Assembly (NCBI GenBank): GCA_965226025.1
Contig: CBDDCD010000001.1
Span: 970,104-1,034,103 of the forward strand
DNA from: Candidatus Moanibacter sp.
GTDB taxonomy: Bacteria; Verrucomicrobiota; Verrucomicrobiia; Opitutales; UBA2987
DNA: 64,000 nt
Direction of reading: 5' to 3'
Positions 57,404-64,000 of this stretch are shown piece by piece. The position numbers and the translations under genes are program-made. The first letter of the stretch is position 1. Every line of letters begins with the position of its first letter. Below the pieces are notes generated by a model that saw nothing but the letters and a program-made list of their open reading frames with translations, was not told the DNA's origin and ran no database searches.

Positions 57404-58317
57404 TTTTTGAATTCTCCTGTTTCTTTCTGTTTTTTTGCGTATTCCTGCCTCTCTTCCTGAGTCGGGACCGGCCTGTCTTCCGGCCCGACATACTTGATCA
57501 TGGAGAGATCCAGCATCTGGGTCATGGGTTCATTCCGTGAAGCCGCCCATGCTCGTCCCTTCTTCTGTGTGTAGACCGCGTGCGCAGCACAACTGTAACC
57601 ACGTACCACGCTTCCGATACACCAGGCGGCGTTGGGTGAAAAACCGGTATCGCAGAGCGCGGTGTTCCCGGCTCCGACACAGTTCACGGGCACGTAGGAG
57701 CGGCCCTCCTTCTTTCGGCGTGCGTGAAAGTGCTTCTCCAACGCTCTCTGCAGTTCGAGATAGACCCCGTCGATCTCCAATTCTTCCTGTTTCAGATGGG
57801 TGGGTTCCGCCCTCGGGTCGCCGTCGCGGTGCTGCGGCTGCCCCATTCCCATGACCGGAACACCGTTATCCATGTACTCGTCAACCAGCGTCTTGGCCAT
57901 TTCGTCGATCGTTTTTCCCTCCTTGCGCGCTCGCTCCAGATACTTGTTCATCATGTACCCGTGCGCCGCCCCTGGTCCATGAGCGCTTCCGAAGGTCATA
58001 ACGGCCGCCGCCACCGCGGCCGGCAAGTTCGGCCGGCCCGCCGTCACGGCAATGGCGGAAGCCGCTGATGGAGACATTGAGTGCTCCATAAATTCGCCCA
58101 TTTCATATTTCAGCATCTTCTCCTCGGGCTCAGTAGGGATGCGCCCCTGAAAGAGCACGAACATAGCATCACTGAAGGAATACCCTTCCTCCGCCAATTC
58201 ACTCAGGTTGTAGCCTCGGAGAACCGTCTTCTCTTCCGTCTTGTAGGAGATCGCCGTCTTCCGTCTTAACAGGGGCTCTCTTTCCCTTCTGATTTCTTCC
58301 TCTCTCCCGTCTTTCAT
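57391..58317 (-). CDS. Citrate synthase/citryl-CoA lyase-like protein
   Basis: KTAISY...VLRGYNL.EL, EHSMSPSA, FGSAHGPG, GMGQPQH..GDPR, RGYSCAAH. Confidence 0.8.
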   Translation of the reverse strand: MKDGREEEIRREREPLLRRKTAISYKTEEKTVLRGYNLSELAEEGYSFSDAMFVLFQGRIPTEPEEKMLKYEMGEFMEHSMSPSAASAIAVTAGRPNLPAAVAAAVMTFGSAHGPGAAHGYMMNKYLERARKEGKTIDEMAKTLVDEYMDNGVPVMGMGQPQHRDGDPRAEPTHLKQEELEIDGVYLELQRALEKHFHARRKKEGRSYVPVNCVGAGNTALCDTGFSPNAAWCIGSVVRGYSCAAHAVYTQKKGRAWAASRNEPMTQMLDLSMIKYVGPEDRPVPTQEERQEYAKKQKETGEFKKWVI

Positions 58318-58368
58318 TACCTCAGCCTTCTCTTTCTCTTACTCCTTCCATTGCCCTTTCGCCGATCA

Positions 58369-59262
58369 TCACACACGCCGGTCCGCGATCGCTTCAAAAG
58401 TTTTCTGTATCAACTCCTCGGCCTTCGGTCGAATCCGGCAGATCTCGGCAAATAACAGATCCAGGACAAAGTCCCGGGGCACGTTGGAAAAAATCTCGCA
58501 GGAAAAGGGATCCCGATCAGATACGCCGATCAGTGTGTCGTCCGCCACCTCCCCCAAAGGCGATTTGATAAATCCGGTCAGCGCCACTACGGTTGCTTTC
58601 TCCCTCTTCGCGATTTTGGCGGCATAAACCAAATCCTTCGTCGCCCCCGAAAAACTCATGCCGAAAAACACATCACCCGTTTTCAAGGTTGCGGCGCGAA
58701 TCGCCATGGGATATCCCTCATTGTAGGCCGCCGAATAAATCCCTACACGGCTCAGGCGATAGTTGAAACCGTGGGCCAGCGCGGCCGATCCGGCGATTCC
58801 TCCCACCAACACGAACCGAGCACGAGCCAGGCACCGGGCGACTTTCTGCAGAGCCTTGCGATCAAGCAAATTGACCGTGTCGCGCAGATTGGACCGCATT
58901 TTCTCCGCATGGTCCGTCACTGAATCGGTATGTCCAGCCCTGCCCGCCCGGTCCGCCGCACCCAGCTCCTGCGCCAGCAGGACCTTGAAATCCTGGAATC
59001 CTGCACACCCCATCTTCCGACAGAATCGGATGATCGTTCCGTAACCCAACGCGCTGACCTGGGTCACCTCTGTTATCGAGAGGTAGGCAGCTTCGGGATT
59101 CTCCAGAAAATACTCACCAACCTTTCGCTCAGCTGCGGTTAAGGAATTTCTCAGTATGCTCAAGCGAAGGGAATAGGAACAATCATGCAGAGAGAACTCC
59201 GGATCTTCCGAATCAGTCGTCTTACCTCTAGCGGATCCCAAGGACTGCGTTTCAGATGTCAT
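58369..59262 (-). CDS. RpiR/MurR-family transcriptional regulator (HTH + SIS)
   Basis: LTAAERKVGEYFLENP, TIIRFCRKMGCAGFQDFK, SFSGATK. Confidence 0.93.
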   Translation of the reverse strand: MTSETQSLGSARGKTTDSEDPEFSLHDCSYSLRLSILRNSLTAAERKVGEYFLENPEAAYLSITEVTQVSALGYGTIIRFCRKMGCAGFQDFKVLLAQELGAADRAGRAGHTDSVTDHAEKMRSNLRDTVNLLDRKALQKVARCLARARFVLVGGIAGSAALAHGFNYRLSRVGIYSAAYNEGYPMAIRAATLKTGDVFFGMSFSGATKDLVYAAKIAKREKATVVALTGFIKSPLGEVADDTLIGVSDRDPFSCEIFSNVPRDFVLDLLFAEICRIRPKAEELIQKTFEAIADRRV

Positions 59263-59546
59263 TCTTTACAAAAAAGGAGGGAAATCGCTGCGCTCTCAAC
59301 GCCTTCAATATATAGTATATCCATTTTTTAAGATAAGACCTATATTTTATCCACAACGGATCGCTGTCAACGGGTTTCTGACAATACTGAGAAAAGCGGC
59401 CAGGAATCTATCTGCCCAAGTCTCCTCAATTCGCAAATCTCGCGCAAGCGCGGTCCTACAGTGGCGGGTTGCCAAATGAATATCCCGACCCAAACTCTGG
59501 TATTTCGTAGCTTCAGGAAACGGCACCCTACTCAACCAGTCTTTCA

Positions 59547-59916
59547 ATGCCTTCACCGTTGCAGGAGTATTTGTTTGATCTTCAAGGCTTCATTGCTCTG
59601 AAAAGCGCCGTATTCGCACGTGCTATCGTTACCACAACGATCAGTTTCGGTGTGGTCAGGTCAATATCCTGGTCGCTCTTACCGATACCGGGCCCGGCGA
59701 CGGAGCCACTATGGTCATCCCGGGTAGCCATAAATCAAATTTCATCCACCCGAAACTGGAGAGCGGACAGCAACTGTCAGGTTCTGCAGATGGAGTGGAA
59801 GGAGCGACTGAGGTCTACATGCAAGTAGGAGACGCTCTTCTCTTCGTCGACTGTCTTGCTCACGGTTCAGCTAAACGTCTCAACGAAGGGGAGAGGCGAA
59901 TCCTCATTCATAGGTA
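59547..59916 (+). pseudogene. PhyH-family dioxygenase remnant, 5' part (internal deletion, interrupted by IS5 copy 3)
   Basis: EYLFDLQGFIAL..AV joined out of frame to YRYHN..CGQVNILVALTD.GPGDGATMVIPGSHKSNF...HGS. Confidence 0.8.
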
Positions 59917-61722
59917 GAGGCTGTCCCAAATCCGAGAGGATTTGGGTGGAAGCCTGATACCGATATCAATCTTCGTCACGTTATGTAGACCACGACATGC
60001 CTTCCGTCCTCGGTAGCTTACCTTTTATCCGTTATGCACCTTTCCAGCACCCTTCCTCTCGCTTTGAGTCGATAGTTCTCCCAAGGAAGCGCCTCTGACT
60101 CGATTCTTGGATCCCTATGCCGCCTGCGTTGCCTCTTTCTCATGTTCTTGCGCAAGTCTCTGCGCGATTTTCCATAGATTGTGGGACAGAACCGACCAGG
60201 CCACGCTAAGGTTACGGTTGTCAAAGCCTTTGCTGCGTATCTTGCCCCCGTGCCATCGGTTCTTGAGCACTCCGATCCGGCCTTCGGTGCTCCCTCGTCG
60301 TCGCTGCAACCGGACAAAGCGCGGCTCCTCCATCCGCTCCTTGAGCTCTTGTGGATTGCGGGGCGTAAGGGCGTCAAAAATCCCCTCTGCCTGGAGCCGC
60401 TTGCTGGCCGCCTTCGAGGCATAGCCCCGATCCCCACTGATCGCTTCGATCTTCTCCTCTAAAGCGAAGCCCTTTTGCCTCTCCAGACTTTCCCAAAGCT
60501 GCTTCAATTCGCTCGGGGCCTGCCCCCCATACAGTTTCCAGTCCAACAGATATCCCTCTGCGCTCTCGCATAAATAAAGGGTGTTGCCAAACTCCACCTC
60601 CCGATCTGCCTTGCCTCGCACGATGACGTCAATCTCAGGTTCGTAGGCGCTCAGGATCTTCTCCTCATTCTTCACCTGCCGCCCCCCTATGATCCGTTCG
60701 TGCGCCTGTTTCATGACCTGCGGTATCTGCTCTAACATACCATCCATTCGCTCGATGATTCGGCTCGCCTTCTTCTCGGTGTAATCGCTTTGCATCCACA
60801 TAGCTTCCAATAAGTCACGGTGGCGAAGGGCATGGCCCTCAATCTTCTTGAGCAATAGCTTCATCCGCCGCAGGATCCCTTTACGCGCTTTGCCCGCCTC
60901 CCGGCGCCGACGCGCATGCGTCATCTCCAGGCACCGTTTGTTCATCTCCCGAGCCAATCCCTTTGCTCCCTGGGGCATGCGCTGTTTCATTCCCGCCTGC
61001 CGGATCAGACTGATCGCCTTGAGCAGCGTTGCTCCCACATCCTTGAGCAAGACCCAGTCCACGGGCCAGTGGATGTTCGCTTCCAGGCAAGTGGCGTCGA
61101 TCAGGCATTCCCTCGTATCGATCGGCTTCTCTAATCCTGCCTCACCACAATGTTCAGCATTGCCCACCACCTCGGTCATCCTTGCATGCAGCTGTCTCAG
61201 ATACGCTTCGTCGAAGAATTTCGAATCCCGTTCCAGACTGCTCTTCGATATTTTCCGGATCCCGTCTACCTCACGCACCCGGCAAAAATTAGCCAGAAGC
61301 TCACTGCGTCCCAACTCCTGCGACAGACAACGAAAGGATATCCCTCCGAGTAAATGACGCACCACCTCCACCCGCAGCGCTTTTATCGCTCTTAGAGCGC
61401 GTCGCTCCCGATCCTTCCCTCCCGCTTCATCCCATCCTTCCAAGGCTTTTACGATCGCCTCCCTTTCCAGCGAGGAGTCGATCAAAACCCGGTCAATCCG
61501 CTCCATTGTTTCCAGAAACACGGTGTAGTCTTTGCATCGAATGACTGGAGTTAGGGCTGGACGCAGGAAGCTTTGTACGGCAATATTTTTCATGAGAAGG
61601 GCGTGCTTTGTATTTGACTAACGCAAGCATAAGCGCCCTTTTTCGCCGGATCGAGCTTTTTGCAGCTCTATCCGGCCTTTTTTTTGCCCATAACTCATTG
61701 TTTCCACCACTGGGACGGGCTC
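59917..61722 (-). mobile_element. IS5-family insertion sequence, copy 3 (1806 bp)
   Basis: Same IRs; 6-bp direct repeat TAGGTA at 59911-59916 and 61723-61728; 11-bp deletion upstream of the transposase relative to copies 1 and 2. Confidence 0.95.
60115..61593 (-). CDS. IS5-family DDE transposase (492 aa)
   Basis: One residue different from each of the other two copies. Confidence 0.92.
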   Translation of the reverse strand: MKNIAVQSFLRPALTPVIRCKDYTVFLETMERIDRVLIDSSLEREAIVKALEGWDEAGGKDRERRALRAIKALRVEVVRHLLGGISFRCLSQELGRSELLANFCRVREVDGIRKISKSSLERDSKFFDEAYLRQLHARMTEVVGNAEHCGEAGLEKPIDTRECLIDATCLEANIHWPVDWVLLKDVGATLLKAISLIRQAGMKQRMPQGAKGLAREMNKRCLEMTHARRRREAGKARKGILRRMKLLLKKIEGHALRHRDLLEAMWMQSDYTEKKASRIIERMDGMLEQIPQVMKQAHERIIGGRQVKNEEKILSAYEPEIDVIVRGKADREVEFGNTLYLCESAEGYLLDWKLYGGQAPSELKQLWESLERQKGFALEEKIEAISGDRGYASKAASKRLQAEGIFDALTPRNPQELKERMEEPRFVRLQRRRGSTEGRIGVLKNRWHGGKIRSKGFDNRNLSVAWSVLSHNLWKIAQRLAQEHEKEATQAA

Positions 61723-61850
61723 TAGGTATGGACCACAGTGGGGTAACCCCTTCTCCGGCTACCAGCCCATCCGAGGAACTCCTCGCTCGCCTGAGCGAAA
61801 GCCGTAAGCAGATTGTTCAACCCATCCCCCCGATTAGTTCCCCGAGTTGA
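61723..61850 (+). pseudogene. PhyH-family dioxygenase remnant, 3' part
   Basis: Removing the IS and one TSD copy gives HRYGPQWGN..GYQP, followed by a one-base frameshift to SEELLARL..RKQIVQP. Confidence 0.7.
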
Positions 61851-61900
61851 ACGGATTCATCATCGTTATTGGTCATTAACCGAATCAACAGAGTAGGTCC

Positions 61901-62495
61901 ATGAATCACCCTCAATCCATAATCGACTCGCATCAACACGTGAACTGGCACCGGAGGGACGCGAAGGGCCTGATCAGTGCCAGGGACCGGTATCCCGATC
62001 GCTTCCTTCTCGGCTATAGCCCCAATCCAGCATGGCCGACCGCACCGGAACTTTTGGCTAATGCTCATCATATGCACGGAGTTGACATATGCGGCGAATG
62101 GAAATTCAGGATGCTGATCGATGACCCGCGCTGTATCGAGGTATTCAGGGTTGCCGGAGAAAACCGGATGCCGGTCGTTCTTCACCTTGATGTACCTTAC
62201 CTTCGGAATGAGACCGGAGGCCGAAAGTATCAAACCGAATGGTACGGCGGCACCATCGATAATCTCGCGAGAGCGCTTTGCGCCTGTCCCAAGACGACAT
62301 TCATCGGTCATGCGCCCGGGTTCTGGAGGGAGATCAGTGCGGATGCTGATGAAGATCCGAAACAGGCTCCTATTCGGCCGCGATCGCTACGGCCAGGATC
62401 TTTACGAGTTTCTTACATCCCTCTCCCTCGACGAAGAGACCATTGAGGCGGTCTACCACAGCAATGCCGAACGGATTGTTTCCGTAACCGGTTAG
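61901..62495 (+). pseudogene. Amidohydrolase-2 family remnant with internal deletions and a frameshift
   Basis: IIDSHQH, GEWKFR, PVVLHLD and FIGHAPGFW; the C-terminal RLLFGRD...YHSNAER is in another frame. Confidence 0.75.
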
Positions 62496-62764
62496 ATTTC
62501 CAAGTAAGTGGGCCACCGGCCGCTCCCGCTCAGCGGGATTGCCAGATTAATCGAGTCCGAAACTAAGACGGAATCTGTCTTGAGCAGCGTCTTCCTCACC
62601 CTCTTCTGGTCAGGATCTACTTCCCCCGAGGCGATGCGTGAATCTTACGTCAAGTATGCCCGAATGACCGAGGAAATGATCAGTCGTCTAGCCGCGTCCA
62701 GTCCCCCGCCCTGATTTTCGCAAATGATCGGCTTTGAGGTCCGCGACTCGTTGCTCATTGTAGC

Positions 62765-63085
62765 CTATTGGCTATTCGCGGCAACTGACTTTCGAATCGC
62801 CACGCCTTGCTCAGTGAAAACCCGCACCCTCTTGGAATACTTGAGTTCCGTTAAGGATGTCACAGTCTGTGATATCCTGGTGATTTCATCTCTCGTGAGA
62901 TCAAACATGAAATCATCCGGAAACCGCGAGATATTCCTCGTCACGGCTTGATTTAGGACTCTCGTTTCAAGACCGTAGAGATCAGCCAGATCCCGATCCA
63001 ACATCACTCGATGCCCTCCGACGAGGTAGATTGAATGGTCGATCCGTTCTCCCGGGATGGGAACCGAAGAATCGGATGACTCGAC
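62765..63085 (-). pseudogene. ORF6N-domain DNA-binding protein fragment
   Basis: IYLVGGHRVMLDRDLADLYG.ETRVLNQAV.RN..RFPDDFMF.LT..E...FTEQGVA, then divergence; no in-frame start found upstream. Confidence 0.75.
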
Positions 63086-63201
63086 CCACTACATCATCGC
63101 CGCGATTGACGCCTCCTTTCCCCAAGGCGGCTATGAAACCGAACCCGCTTGGACTGAAGTAGCCCCCGGTATCGAAGGCGTGATTAAAGGGGCAATCCGT
63201 A

Positions 63202-63250
63202 AGATCCTTACAGTTAGCCCGCCTTCCTAGCGGGCTAACTGTAAGGATCT
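63202..63250. terminator. 21-bp perfect-stem hairpin overlapping the permease stop codon
   Basis: AGATCCTTACAGTTAGCCCGC - CTTCCTA - GCGGGCTAACTGTAAGGATCT; no clear T tract. Confidence 0.55.
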
Positions 63251-64000
63251 GCGGCGTCGCGCAACCCGTCCCCCAGAAAATTGAAGGAGAGCACGGTCAT
63301 GACAATCATGATCACCGGCATCAACAGCCAAGGGTAATTGGCGACGACCTGGAGGTTGAGGCAGTCCTGCAGCATGACCCCCCAGCTCACAACCGGAGGA
63401 CGCAGCCCGAGGCCGAGAAAACTGAGCGCGGTTTCGCCGAGGATCATTCCGGGAACACTGAGGGTGAGAGTGACGATTATGTGACTGGTGAAACCGGGCA
63501 GGAGGTGGCGAAAGATGATTCGACCGTGGTTCGCCCCGATTAAGCGAGCGGCGAGAGCGTAGTCCTCTTCCCTCAAGGCGAGAATCTTGCCCCGAACAAC
63601 ACGTGCCAGCCCAGTCCAATTAAGAAGACTGAGCACGATCGTGATAGCGAAATAAACGCGAAGTGGAGGCCAGTCCCCCGGCACCACGGCCCCGATTGCG
63701 AGCCAGAGGGGAAGTTGAGGAAAGGAGTTTATGATCTCGATTACACGTTGGATCACGGTGTCGATGCGGCCGCTGCAATAGCCGGAAACTCCGCCAATTG
63801 TTACTCCGAGAATAAAAGTGATCACGATCGCGACGAGGCCGATTGAAAGGCTGATGCGCGAGCCGTAGATGATGCGGCTGAGGATGTCCCGTCCGTAGCG
63901 GTCGGCCCCCAGAAGGAGGAAGACCGGCTCTACATTTTCCTCCGCAGACGGAGCGCGATATCGATCCTTTGCCACGCCGACCAAATGCCGCTCCATGGGG
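63235..64000 (-). CDS. Peptide/nickel ABC transporter permease DppC/OppC-like (partial, 5' end outside window)
   Basis: LGADRYGRDILSRIIYGSRISL, REEDYALAARLIGA (EAA), ILGETALSFLGLG, FNFLGDGLRDAADP. Confidence 0.94.
   Translation of the reverse strand, partial: PMERHLVGVAKDRYRAPSAEENVEPVFLLLGADRYGRDILSRIIYGSRISLSIGLVAIVITFILGVTIGGVSGYCSGRIDTVIQRVIEIINSFPQLPLWLAIGAVVPGDWPPLRVYFAITIVLSLLNWTGLARVVRGKILALREEDYALAARLIGANHGRIIFRHLLPGFTSHIIVTLTLSVPGMILGETALSFLGLGLRPPVVSWGVMLQDCLNLQVVANYPWLLMPVIMIVMTVLSFNFLGDGLRDAADPYS

Noticed and set aside
59347-59355. DnaA box TTATCCACA suggesting oriC
   Set aside because: Single box, no cluster, no dnaA/dnaN context.
62508-62714. 68-aa ORF after the amidohydrolase remnant
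   Set aside because: Possibly a gene fragment, but there is no recognisable motif, so it was not called.

Overview
A 64 kb bacterial chromosomal window (about 55% GC by eye; the repeat types and hypothetical genes suggest a PVC-superphylum-like organism, which is inference). Ordinary content: tRNA-Arg(UCU), a partial dTDP-sugar cluster (rfbA, rfbC), many catabolic enzymes (PhyH dioxygenases, Gfo/Idh/MocA oxidoreductases, enolase-superfamily dehydratases, sulfatase, aldolase, AKR, ADH), an RND pump, an ABC-F protein, and ugpAE and dppC-like permeases. The region is rich in mobile DNA and shows gene decay: three near-identical IS5-family copies, a 277-bp MITE, several REP-like repeats and at least eight disrupted genes. 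Best finding: an IS110 element (50834-53113, minus strand) whose bridge RNA can be decoded from the sequence. Its four guide segments match the reconstructed target (a dispersed palindromic repeat) and the donor junction around a CT core, and circularisation would create TTGACG-N17-TATAGT. Its recombinase gene is interrupted by a 564-bp tnpA-only IS200-family element whose precise excision restores a 436-aa ORF. Other notable items: a bacterial homologue of the human ATP/citrate exporter ANKH, a DEP domain fused to a flavoprotein disulfide reductase, an uncharacterised HemN-like radical SAM/halogenase-like/CoA-ligase cluster, a citrate-synthase-like gene pair with an acylating aldehyde dehydrogenase, and a secreted protein with PxVDDW heptad repeats. 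All family calls come from motif recognition by eye; no searches were run.
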